Shown: positions 25,328 to 34,165, counted from the first letter of the stretch. The stretch is DNA of 42,518 bases from Balneolales bacterium (GCA_007125355.1 SLDG01000123.1:1-42518); one strand, 5' to 3'. The notes: generated from the letters alone by a model not told the origin. Program-made: numbers and translations.

Positions 25328-25398
25328 CGGTCCCTCCCCTGCCGGGTTATCAAAATTAAGACCAAACCTTGATTGGGAGACAGCCGGGGTGAGGGCCG
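25328..25398. terminator. GC-rich imperfect hairpin between convergent genes
   Basis: CGGTCCCTCCCCTGCCGGG (25328-25346) pairs with CAGCCGGGGTGAGGGCCG (25381-25398), giving about 14 pairs with bulges around a 34-nt loop. Lies between the rlmN stop and the transporter stop. Confidence 0.45.
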
Positions 25399-25425
25399 AA
25401 TCAGTTGTATTTTGAATAATCCACA

Positions 25426-27594
25426 TCAGGTATCCATAGAGTCACTTTGTATAAGAACGTCATCGAATGAAACTTTTTCACCAGCAAGTACCATAATGGT
25501 CGTGGGCAGGTTTTTTAATCGCTCCTGAATTAAATTATAATAGTCCAGAAATTTGTCATCAGGTGTGGCCATTCCCATAAATATGAGATCAGAATAATTT
25601 GACGAAGTGTGTAAAATAGTTTCAAATGAGCGACCTCCTGCTACGATTATTTCGGTTTTAGCCCCTAATCTAAGCTTTTTGATAATACGCTCGAGATTCA
25701 AGTGTGCCGAATCGGCCGCTTGTTTGTTTTGAACGACCATTTTAATAGTAATTTCCGCATTCAACCAGCTCTGATTATTTTGCAAGATGTAAGCCAGAAT
25801 CATCATAAGCGCGCCATTACCTTTTAAGCCACCCCACCAAAGATCTATCTTCTTTTTCTCTCTGAACACAATATCCCCTACATCATGAACAATTACTACA
25901 TTACGTTTCTGCTCATAGAATTTAGCTATCATCCGACAATATAAGTGTCTGGTTTCAAGAGTTTCGCTATCACCTAAAATAATGGTATTGGGCACCAGAT
26001 AACCAAGGCCGTACGATTTGACCAATTCTTCAGCACCTGTGTAAGGATTGCTTCCGGTTGTAACTCTTACCAGAGCCTGAACACTTCTTTTATCAAGAAA
26101 ATCACGAATTTTTGACTCCATAGAAATAATCCGGTCATTACTTACTGTGTCTTCGGGCAGAATTGTTGCTATAGTTAATATCCCTCTATTCAAAGTAAAT
26201 GCATTTGCCAACTCTATCAGATGCCAGCGTTTTGCCGGTGCCCCTGTTAAAACAAGTGGATGCGGCCGCCAGGTTTTTAATTCAGCTTCCTGCCTTAATC
26301 GCATTAAACCTGTACGTATCAAAGCCATATATAATCCTTTACTTACATCGCCCCATGCGGTTTCCAATTGGCGCCGTTTGAGCCAGACAAATATTGTAAC
26401 AACAAACACAAAAGCTAAAACAGTAGCTAAAGGGTGGATTAAGAACATAACAATCAAACACCCGATTGCACCAATAATAGAAAAAACCCAATGTACTTTA
26501 AATTCAGGCCTGAAAGAGGGGCTGTCTAATAAACGCTCTATACCTGCAGCCGCATTTAGAACACCGTAGGTGGTTAGAAAGAACATGGTAAGAATTGGTG
26601 CAATTACATTCAGGTTTCCCAAATAGACAGCAACTAAAGCGAGCAACATAGTAAAAATTGTACCTGCCCGTGGAGTGTCGTTTTTTCCGCTTCCCCACCC
26701 CAACCAACGTAACCATTTGGGTAATACGCCATCTAAAGCCAAAGCCTGAAGCACTCTTGGACCACCCAACATGCTTCCGATAGCACTTGAAAGTGTCGCT
26801 CCCCAAACGCCAATAAGAATAGCATCGCCCCAATAGGAAATTTGTCTCATAATAAGAGGATCTGCAATAAGCGTTTCAGCATCAACCCGCATAGCCAAAA
26901 TTACAGGTAGTGTCATATAGATGAGAAATCCAGTTCCAATTGCAGCAAAAGTACCTCTCGGAATAGATTTAGCAGGGTCTTTCAGGTCACCAGACATATT
27001 TACACCTGCCATTATTCCGGTAACGGCAGGGAAAAAAACAGCAAATACAACCCAAAAGTTTTCTGAATCTTCGCTTGCCGCTCCCCACATTTCTATTTCA
27101 GATTCTTCAATCGGTTTACCAAAAAAAAGCGATAACAAAGACAATATGATTCCCAGCATTATAAAATATTGAGCTCTTATTGCAAATTTTGCTGATATTA
27201 ATGCCAGAATTCCAACACCTATAGTGGTAATTATACCTGCCATTTTAAAATCAACCCCCGGAAAAACACCGGCAACACTTTCGGCAAAACCTACTGTATA
27301 AAGTGCAACTGATAAGGCCAATGCAATAAACAAGGGGATTCCCACAGCCCCGCCTACCTCAACTCCCAACGAACGACTAATCATGTAGTAAGCGCCACCA
27401 ATTCGTACTCTCTGATCGGTTGCAATAGCAGATACTGATAATGCTGTAAGGAATGTTATACTGGTTGCTAATACTACGATTAATAATGTACCAACAAGGC
27501 CGACATTGCCAACAACCCAGCCAAAACGCATGTACATGATAACCCCCAGGATGGTAAGGATCGATGGTGTAAAAACCCCACCAAACGTTCCCAT
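25426..27594 (-). CDS. cation-chloride cotransporter (SLC12/CCC) family transporter of the APC superfamily with a cytoplasmic C-terminal domain
   Basis: 722 aa. The N-terminus GTFGGVFTPSILTILGVIMYMRFGWVVG is the SLC12-family signature. Has about 12 TM helices and then a soluble domain of about 270 aa. Confidence 0.8.
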   Translation of the reverse strand: MGTFGGVFTPSILTILGVIMYMRFGWVVGNVGLVGTLLIVVLATSITFLTALSVSAIATDQRVRIGGAYYMISRSLGVEVGGAVGIPLFIALALSVALYTVGFAESVAGVFPGVDFKMAGIITTIGVGILALISAKFAIRAQYFIMLGIILSLLSLFFGKPIEESEIEMWGAASEDSENFWVVFAVFFPAVTGIMAGVNMSGDLKDPAKSIPRGTFAAIGTGFLIYMTLPVILAMRVDAETLIADPLIMRQISYWGDAILIGVWGATLSSAIGSMLGGPRVLQALALDGVLPKWLRWLGWGSGKNDTPRAGTIFTMLLALVAVYLGNLNVIAPILTMFFLTTYGVLNAAAGIERLLDSPSFRPEFKVHWVFSIIGAIGCLIVMFLIHPLATVLAFVFVVTIFVWLKRRQLETAWGDVSKGLYMALIRTGLMRLRQEAELKTWRPHPLVLTGAPAKRWHLIELANAFTLNRGILTIATILPEDTVSNDRIISMESKIRDFLDKRSVQALVRVTTGSNPYTGAEELVKSYGLGYLVPNTIILGDSETLETRHLYCRMIAKFYEQKRNVVIVHDVGDIVFREKKKIDLWWGGLKGNGALMMILAYILQNNQSWLNAEITIKMVVQNKQAADSAHLNLERIIKKLRLGAKTEIIVAGGRSFETILHTSSNYSDLIFMGMATPDDKFLDYYNLIQERLKNLPTTIMVLAGEKVSFDDVLIQSDSMDT

Positions 27595-27911
27595 TTTACC
27601 GCTTATGGGTTCTGAATCTGTAGATTCCAGAGCTTTCGCCTTTTTTTTAAATATATTCTGTATGCCAGATTCAATACGGGGGTGCTGTAACCTTAATCAA
27701 TTTTTTGGCCTTATCTCTGACACATTTTTTAAAATCAAACTCAAACAAGTACATTTCTTTTTCTGTGAGTTACACTTTCTTTTTTACCACACTTTGATAA
27801 ACAACCCACTTTGTTATGAATAATTCGGGTTAAAAGCATACTTATAATAAAAAGATTTTAGCAGCTATGCAGAAACAAAGAATCTTTTTTTTGCATAAGT
27901 AAGTTAGACCG

Positions 27912-27942
27912 ATAGAAGGCTTTGATAAACCTTCTATTTTTT
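27912..27942 (+). terminator. stem-loop with T-tract (ATAGAAGG-N10-CCTTCTAT-TTTTT)
   Basis: 8-bp perfect stem (27912-27919 / 27930-27937) followed by a T run on the plus strand. Sits 6 nt past the stop of the minus-strand Omp85 gene, so it may act bidirectionally. Confidence 0.5.
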
Positions 27943-27947
27943 GTGGT

Positions 27948-29699
27948 TTAAAAACCTGATGTAATTCCAAAGTGCACTTTCCCGTTTGCTAAATCGTCAT
28001 CGGCTGAAATAGCATAGGTAAATTGCATGGTTCCGATGGGTGTGTTATACTGGAATCCAATTCCCCATGAATACAACCATTCGTTTATTTTCAGTGAGTT
28101 TTCAAATTCAAAAACTAACCTTGGCCGCTCATAATAGCCAAAAGCGCCAAAGACGAATGCGTGCGAAAACCGGTCAAGCAGATAACGGTATTCAACATCA
28201 CCCCAAAGCATTCTTGACGACTGAAACTGATCTTCCCGATATCCGCGAAATGAATGCGCACCACCGAAACGGTTTAAATCAACCTCAGTGAAAATATCAG
28301 AAATCATAATATAGCCATGCATCGAAGGTGCAATAATATGCCGCCTGAATGGATTGATATATCCCCTTAAAAAACCAGTTATTTCCTGCTGGGAGACTCT
28401 TCTTTTGTCTGTAAAATCCCCGATTCGGTCGTCTGTAATACGCTTAACACCGGTTTCTACAAGTACTCGTCCGTGTAATCCGCTGGTGGGGTTTCGTCTG
28501 CTGTCTGTTCTGCGATACTCTACTCCCAAGCCGGCAAAAAGCGCATTAGAATCCAGTTCTCTGATGGGCTGGCCTGTAATTCTGTTTGCAGAAGCTGCTT
28601 CAATACGCAGTGATCCGATAATTTCTGTTGAAGCACTTAAACTGTAACGTCCGTTCAGGCCAAAGTTCCTGACCTGATAGGTACTATCTTGCTGAATAAA
28701 ATTAAAATGTGCTCCGGCTCCAATTGGCAATCCGGCAATCCAGCTCATGTCGTAACTTAAATCAAGTCGTGTTACGAGTTCCTGTAATCGCTCAAAACGA
28801 ATGTTGATAGTGCTGCCATCAAAAAGTGCATTTCTGAGCATCAGTTGGCCGGTTCCGACAATGGTATTACCATCTTGTGGGCGCGGAACATATCCAATGA
28901 GAGCATCAAACATATTAGTTCTCGCTTCTTCAATTCCAAAATAAAGCAGATATTCTCCGTCATTAAATGCAATTTGCGGTTGTTCTACATCCTCAAAAAG
29001 ACCCGTGTTATCAAGATTCAATTGCGCATCCCGTAGCAGGTTTGGAGTAACCAACATTCCTTTTCTCACTCCGCTGGCAGTTTTAATGTAATCCGGATTA
29101 TTCCGTTGCAGCTCAGGTAGTATAAATCCATCTACTCTTATCTGAGGGCCAGTATCAATGTTTAGACGCACATCTACAATGCATTCATTTATATCGGGTT
29201 GGGGTTCTTCAACAACGACCCTTACCAGCATGTAGCCTTCATTTTCCCAATGCCTGATCATTCTGTTTATTTCAGATTCAATCCTTGATCCCGAAAAATA
29301 ACTTCCTGATGTGATAAATGGAGAAAAATCATTCAGTATCGATGCTTTTTGATCATCGGGTTCACCGGTGAGGTGAATATCAAAGGTTTCAATCCTGTGG
29401 CGGCACCCCCTGCTTGCAAAAAATGTAACGCGGCCAGAGTTTTCACGAATGGAAACAGAGTCTACACTTCCCCCGAAAAATCCCTCTGAGAATAACTCTT
29501 GATAAATGTAAGCATGCTGTCGGTTAAAGAGTGAATCAGATGCATTAACTTGCCTTAACTCTCTTGGGAACGTCATTTCGCGGCCGTCTAAACGCCAATC
29601 GGCCTGAATTTTAACACGTTCCTCTGCCAAAACTGCTGCCGGGAGAGCGCAAATAATGAAGCCAAGCATAATATAAAGCCGGGCCTTCAAAAAAATCAT
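27948..29699 (-). CDS. Omp85 (BamA/TamA) family outer-membrane protein
   Basis: 583 aa with a signal peptide, an N-terminal POTRA-like region, and a C-terminal beta-barrel of alternating pattern ending in ...HFGITSGF (terminal Phe). Confidence 0.75.
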   Translation of the reverse strand: MIFLKARLYIMLGFIICALPAAVLAEERVKIQADWRLDGREMTFPRELRQVNASDSLFNRQHAYIYQELFSEGFFGGSVDSVSIRENSGRVTFFASRGCRHRIETFDIHLTGEPDDQKASILNDFSPFITSGSYFSGSRIESEINRMIRHWENEGYMLVRVVVEEPQPDINECIVDVRLNIDTGPQIRVDGFILPELQRNNPDYIKTASGVRKGMLVTPNLLRDAQLNLDNTGLFEDVEQPQIAFNDGEYLLYFGIEEARTNMFDALIGYVPRPQDGNTIVGTGQLMLRNALFDGSTINIRFERLQELVTRLDLSYDMSWIAGLPIGAGAHFNFIQQDSTYQVRNFGLNGRYSLSASTEIIGSLRIEAASANRITGQPIRELDSNALFAGLGVEYRRTDSRRNPTSGLHGRVLVETGVKRITDDRIGDFTDKRRVSQQEITGFLRGYINPFRRHIIAPSMHGYIMISDIFTEVDLNRFGGAHSFRGYREDQFQSSRMLWGDVEYRYLLDRFSHAFVFGAFGYYERPRLVFEFENSLKINEWLYSWGIGFQYNTPIGTMQFTYAISADDDLANGKVHFGITSGF

Positions 29700-29725
29700 T
29701 CAAACCATTGTTTGGTGGACAGAAA

Positions 29726-30577
29726 TCAGCGAATAATTGCTTTTACAAAGTTAGGTAACGCAAAAGAGCCGATGTGTATTTCCTTATTGTAGTACTTCAA
29801 TTCTTTCCCAAAAGTTTCATGCGCAGCACCAACACGCTGCATGACTTCATCTGAAATGGGCTCAATCCCTTTACTGGCAAACATCATAGACCACATTCCG
29901 GTTGGGTAAAGCGGGATAAACGCGAGAAACATTTCTGTTACAGGATACAGCTCGTTGCAAGCACCAAATACACTCTTAATACTTTCGTGATAGCTTTCTA
30001 CAAAGGGGCTTTCTGTTTGAGATACCAAAACGCCATTGTCTTTAAGGCTACGATGACATTTTTCGTAGAAATCTTTCTTGAACAAATCTACTGCGGGGCC
30101 AACAGGGTCAGATCCATCAATGATAATTACATCGTACTCAGCTTCAGGACCATCAACAAATGTCAAACCGTTTTCGTAGAGCACATTTAATTTGGGATTT
30201 TCGAAATCGCCCACATCAGGCATGTGCAGTTTAGATGCCCTGACCACAGCCTCGTCGATTTCGACCATATCCACTTTTTTAACAGAGTGATGCTTGAGTA
30301 CTTCTCTGGCTGTACCTCCGTCGCCTCCGCCGATAATTAAAATACTCTCGGGCTTGGGATGCGAAAACATAGCCACATGCGCCATCATTTCGTGGTACAC
30401 GAACTCATCTCTCTCAGAAAGCATAACCATTCCGTCTATGGTCATTAAATTGCCCCATGTATCGGTCTCAAACACCTCTACAAGCTGGTAAGGTGTCTGC
30501 TCGTGGAAAAGCTGCTTTTTCAGGCCTACAGTAAGGCCGGTTTGTTCGTTGTAATATTCGTTGTACTGAATGGGCAT
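29726..30577 (-). CDS. speE: spermidine synthase (polyamine aminopropyltransferase)
   Basis: 283 aa with ILIIGGGDGGTAREVLKH, VEIDEAV and IIIDGSDPVGPA motifs. Confidence 0.92.
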   Translation of the reverse strand: MPIQYNEYYNEQTGLTVGLKKQLFHEQTPYQLVEVFETDTWGNLMTIDGMVMLSERDEFVYHEMMAHVAMFSHPKPESILIIGGGDGGTAREVLKHHSVKKVDMVEIDEAVVRASKLHMPDVGDFENPKLNVLYENGLTFVDGPEAEYDVIIIDGSDPVGPAVDLFKKDFYEKCHRSLKDNGVLVSQTESPFVESYHESIKSVFGACNELYPVTEMFLAFIPLYPTGMWSMMFASKGIEPISDEVMQRVGAAHETFGKELKYYNKEIHIGSFALPNFVKAIIR

Positions 30578-30655
30578 GGTTATAAAAATTAAGTCAGTGT
30601 AAAAGCAAAACGGGTAGGAATATCGAGCCCCTGAAATTAACTAATCTTAGTGAAA

Positions 30656-30682
30656 CCTTGTGTCTTTGTGTCTTCGTGTTTC
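30656..30682. repeat. GTGTCTTTGTGTCTT-motif element (second locus)
   Basis: CCTTGTGTCTTTGTGTCTTCGTGTTTC. Its 15-nt core (30660-30674) is identical to 10030-10044. Lies in the 128-nt gap between pdaD and speE. Confidence 0.7.
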
Positions 30683-30705
30683 ATTTAAAACTATTGAAAA
30701 AGGGA

Positions 30706-31188
30706 TTATTTATACCAAAGCACAGCTGCAGCAAAAACCGTAGCAATTTTTTCTACTTTATGCTCAACGCCAATAGTAAGTATTTCACGATATTTCCGCT
30801 TTCTGTATGCATATCCGTCAACAACCATTTGTTTAACAATAGCTTCTACATCAGCAAGCGGTTTGGTATCTTCAAATTCCATAATAAGACCGGGTTCATC
30901 AGGGTTTTCCGGGAGTCCTACTCCGATAGCTGCAGAAATAATTTCACCGGGGTTTTCAGAGGTGATGCCCGCGTAAGCAATTGGTATAAGTGCCCCTTTG
31001 GGTAATTCAATATGGTCTACCAATTCGCAGTTAGGTGGAATAATACTGCTCATACGAATCAAATTCGTATCTCCTACGCCCGCTTTGAGCAATGCGTTAT
31101 CAAAGGAGTTTAATTTCGTCGGCCCTTCTTCTGCACCCTTTACAAGAGAGAAAATCTCAGGGTTTTGAACCATCATGTTATTTGTCAT
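30706..31188 (-). CDS. pdaD: pyruvoyl-dependent arginine decarboxylase
   Basis: 160 aa. The self-processing motif NLIRMSSIIPP (Ser47-Ser48, codons 31045-31050) matches the PdaD Ser-Ser cleavage site. Confidence 0.85.
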   Translation of the reverse strand: MTNNMMVQNPEIFSLVKGAEEGPTKLNSFDNALLKAGVGDTNLIRMSSIIPPNCELVDHIELPKGALIPIAYAGITSENPGEIISAAIGVGLPENPDEPGLIMEFEDTKPLADVEAIVKQMVVDGYAYRKRKYREILTIGVEHKVEKIATVFAAAVLWYK

Positions 31189-31190
31189 AT

Positions 31191-31604
31191 TTAGTTACTC
31201 ATACTAAAATTTGGTGCATCTTTCGGTTTAAAAAGCAGTTCTTGTCCTTCTTCTACTTTAAACATCCCACGCTTCATCTCCATACTCGAAACATTTTTGG
31301 AGTTAAAGCAATCTTTAAGATGTTCTTGAATTATCCAGGGGTCTATGGTTTCACCACAGGTAAATATATCTACGGCAGCATATCCGTACTCGGGCCAGGT
31401 ATGGATAGCAATATGCGATTCTGCTATAACAACAGTACCACTCACACCATGGGGACTGAACTTGTGAAAATTATGTGATATGATGCTGGCACGCGATTTT
31501 CTTGTGCCTTCAAGTAATATAGATTCGATTTGTGCAACATCGTTGATTACATCCTGATCACAATCATAGTACTCAACCAGAACTTGTCTTCCAAGAGCTT
31601 GCAT
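31191..31604 (-). CDS. speH: S-adenosylmethionine decarboxylase proenzyme (small bacterial/archaeal type)
   Basis: 137 aa. VVIAESHIAIHTWPE carries the canonical Glu62-Ser63 autoprocessing site. The RBS AAGAGGAG lies at 31611-31618 (minus strand). Confidence 0.9.
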   Translation of the reverse strand: MQALGRQVLVEYYDCDQDVINDVAQIESILLEGTRKSRASIISHNFHKFSPHGVSGTVVIAESHIAIHTWPEYGYAAVDIFTCGETIDPWIIQEHLKDCFNSKNVSSMEMKRGMFKVEEGQELLFKPKDAPNFSMSN

Positions 31605-31860
31605 CTTATTCTCCTCTTGAGGCTTTGGTGGAAATTACTGTGGCGTTTGGGCTGCACCGCTTAACGTTTAGCCGGCCGTGCGTAGTTTGAATGTCAGCAG
31701 GTAAGTTATATCTGCATCTGCTACTCAAAAAAGAGGTCAATTTATGCACACCTTTATCTACAGCGGTTAATTTTGAAACCGCTGAGGTGTTGTTGTAACT
31801 GTTAGCTAATAGGCTGAACTTAAGAACATAAATTATCAATTTCGCCCTGATTACCTCTTT
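31605..31860 (-). promoter_or_regulatory. long candidate 5' leader of speH with competing SD / anti-SD / anti-anti-SD segments
   Basis: On the minus-strand RNA, AAAGAGGU (31853-31860), ACCUCUUUUUUG (31726-31737) and the SD AAGAGGAG (31611-31618) are mutually complementary. A two-tier hairpin ACACCU-CAGCGGUU-loop-AACCGCUG-bulge-AGGUGU spans 31748-31790. The transcription start is unknown. Confidence 0.35.
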
Positions 31861-31998
31861 ATTTAAATGTTCTGTATAAATTAAGTTTTAAGAAGTATCT
31901 TCTAAAGGGTATTTTCGACCGGAAAAGGCCAAGTGTAAAAGACCAAAAAATGATGTATTTACAGAACCATAAAATTAAGAATTTTTCTGACCAAATTA

Positions 31999-33987
31999 AT
32001 GCAGCAAACTAATTTTTTTTTAAATAAAATTGATGCCCATATTCTCTTTAAAAACATAATCTTACCAAGGAAGATAGAAGAGAAAATGCTTAAACTGCTA
32101 CGGCAGAATAAAATTTCCAAATGGTTTTCAGGAATGGGACAGGAAGCAATTCCTGTGGGAGTAGCATCCGCTCTGAAACCCGAAGATCATATCTGCACAA
32201 TGCACAGAAACCTAGGCATTTTTACGACACGAAACGTGCCCTTATATCCTCTCTTTTGCCAATTACTGGGTAAGAAAGATGGCTTTTCGGAAGGCCGGGA
32301 CAGATCATTTCATTTTGGCATACCCGAATATAACATTATTGGAATGATTTCGCATCTTGGTGCCATGTTACCGGTGGCCAATGGTCTCGCTCTCGCCTCT
32401 AAGATGGGGAGACAAAATTACGCAACACTGGCTTTTTGTGGAGAAGGTTCCACAAGCGAAGGCGATTTCCACGAAGCACTGAACCTTGCTGCGGTTTGGG
32501 AGCTCCCGGTTATATTTTTGATTGAAAATAACGGATATGCTCTGTCGACACCCATAAAAGAGCAGTTTGCCTGCGATTCAATTGTCTCAAAAGCTGATGG
32601 CTATGGCGTTAAGGGCACACAGATTGATGGAAATAATATTGTTGAGGTTTATGAGCAAATATCAAACGCACGGGAATACGTCCTGAATAATCAAAAACCG
32701 GTGCTCATTGAAGCAATGACCTTCAGAATGAGGGGGCATGAAGAGGCATCGGGCACAGCGTACATCCCAAAAGAACTTTTCGCTGAATGGAAGAAAAAAG
32801 ACCCTATTCTGGTTTTCAGGAAGTACTTAATTGAAAATGGGTTATTGAATGAGGATAAAATCAACGAAATGGAAAAAGAAGCCGAAGCCATTTTCCTGCC
32901 TGATTTAGAGCGGGCACTCTCTTCAGAAGATCCTGTATTTGATGAAGCTACGGAAAGAAATCGTGTTTTTATTCCATACAAAGCAAAGGAGGCTGTTTCG
33001 CATCAAAGAGAAACCATCGAAGGCCGCTACATTGATGGAATTACACGTGCACTTGAATTTGCCTGTGATGAGGATGAAAAAACGTTGGTTATCGGGCAGG
33101 ATATTGCCGAATACGGAGGCGCATTTAAAGTAACAAAAGGGTTTCTCGAAAAATATGGCCGTGATCGTGTAAGAAATACGCCTATTATAGAATCAGGAGC
33201 GGTTGGTACTGCTATCGGATTGTCACTTAAAGGATTCCGCCCAATTCTTGAAATGCAGTTCGCTGATTTTATTTCGTGTGGATTTAATCAGATAATAAAT
33301 AACCTCGCTAAATCGCACTACAGATGGGGCGCTAAAATGAATGTTACCATTCGCTCGCCTTACGGTGCCGGTGTCGGAGCAGGGCCGTTTCACTCGCAAA
33401 GTCCCGAAAACTGGTTTATGCAGCACTCCGGTTTGAAAATTGCCGTGCCGGCGACAGTTGAAGATGCATTGAACCTGACATGGTCTGCCATTCTCGACCC
33501 TAACCCTGTTTTGATTTTCGAGCACAAAAAATTATATCGCAGCCTCAAAGACGACCTTCCTACGCATCCCGTTGCGGAAACACTTGGCAAAGCGGCAATC
33601 AGGCGAAATGGCGATGATGCAACTATTATAACATACGGAATGGGTGTACACTGGGCACTTGCAAAAGCCGAGCAACTTTCTAAGGACAATGAAATTGAAC
33701 TGACCATAGTAGACCTCAGATCGCTGGTCCCATTAGATTTTGAGACCATAAAAAAAGCCGTTCAAAAAACCGGGAGAGTGCTTTTACTGGAAGAAGCCAT
33801 GGAAGTATTAGGCCCGATGAGTGAAATCAGTGCTCTCATATCAGAGCATTGTTTTGAATCGCTTGACGCGCCTGTGATTCGTTGTTCATCAATTAATACA
33901 CCCGTCCCATTCAACAGAATACTCGAAGACGGCTATCTGGCCGTGAGGAAGTTGGATGAAAAGTTGAAGTGGTTGTTGGATTATTGA
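31999..33987 (+). CDS. fused 2-oxoacid dehydrogenase E1 component, alpha plus beta subunits in one polypeptide
   Basis: 662 aa. The N-terminal half has the TPP-binding motif GEGSTSEGDFHEALNLAAVWELPVIFLIENNGYA. The C-terminal half is transketolase-like pyrimidine-binding/C-terminal (IGQDIAEYGGAFKVTKG ... NTPIIESG). Confidence 0.85.
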   Translation: MQQTNFFLNKIDAHILFKNIILPRKIEEKMLKLLRQNKISKWFSGMGQEAIPVGVASALKPEDHICTMHRNLGIFTTRNVPLYPLFCQLLGKKDGFSEGRDRSFHFGIPEYNIIGMISHLGAMLPVANGLALASKMGRQNYATLAFCGEGSTSEGDFHEALNLAAVWELPVIFLIENNGYALSTPIKEQFACDSIVSKADGYGVKGTQIDGNNIVEVYEQISNAREYVLNNQKPVLIEAMTFRMRGHEEASGTAYIPKELFAEWKKKDPILVFRKYLIENGLLNEDKINEMEKEAEAIFLPDLERALSSEDPVFDEATERNRVFIPYKAKEAVSHQRETIEGRYIDGITRALEFACDEDEKTLVIGQDIAEYGGAFKVTKGFLEKYGRDRVRNTPIIESGAVGTAIGLSLKGFRPILEMQFADFISCGFNQIINNLAKSHYRWGAKMNVTIRSPYGAGVGAGPFHSQSPENWFMQHSGLKIAVPATVEDALNLTWSAILDPNPVLIFEHKKLYRSLKDDLPTHPVAETLGKAAIRRNGDDATIITYGMGVHWALAKAEQLSKDNEIELTIVDLRSLVPLDFETIKKAVQKTGRVLLLEEAMEVLGPMSEISALISEHCFESLDAPVIRCSSINTPVPFNRILEDGYLAVRKLDEKLKWLLDY

Positions 33988-34067
33988 GTGTGTCTCTAAT
34001 GTCATCTCGCATGTAGTTGAACCATTGGTGAGAGTAGCTTTTACGTATTCCCGTGTAATTCGACCAG

Positions 34068-34140
34068 TCCTTCGACTACGCTGCGGGTTAACATCGATAC
34101 CTAAAAAACATAATAAGCCGCAGCTCCGCTCAGGATGACT
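34068..34140 (+). repeat. dispersed intergenic repeat, core module copy C (diverged)
   Basis: TCCTTCGACTACGCTGCGG...CCGCAGCTCCGCTCAGGATGAC has the same terminal boxes and spacing (~60 nt) as copy A. The internal stem is replaced by GCTGCGG/CCGCAGC. Confidence 0.5.
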
Positions 34141-34165
34141 ATTAGTTTTCAAATAGTTTTTTCTC

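Noticed and set aside
27595-27911. Possible riboswitch (for example c-di-AMP/ydaO type) in the long upstream region of the SLC12-type cation-chloride transporter
   Set aside because: I could not find any conserved riboswitch core sequence on the minus strand, only one weak hairpin (CTGGAATCTACAGATTCAG). The evidence is insufficient without a covariance-model scan.
30658-31005. 115-aa plus-strand ORF starting in the pdaD-speE spacer
   Set aside because: Its N-terminus (MCLCVFVF) is a translation of the GTGTCTTTGTGTCTT repeat, and the rest is antisense to pdaD.
31606-31839. 77-aa ORF ending 1 nt before the speH ATG; considered as a regulatory upstream ORF or leader peptide
   Set aside because: It has a TTG start, no internal Met, no visible RBS and a Ser/Thr/Asn/Lys-rich composition unlike a real protein. 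I treat the region as an RNA leader instead. A much shorter leader peptide cannot be excluded.
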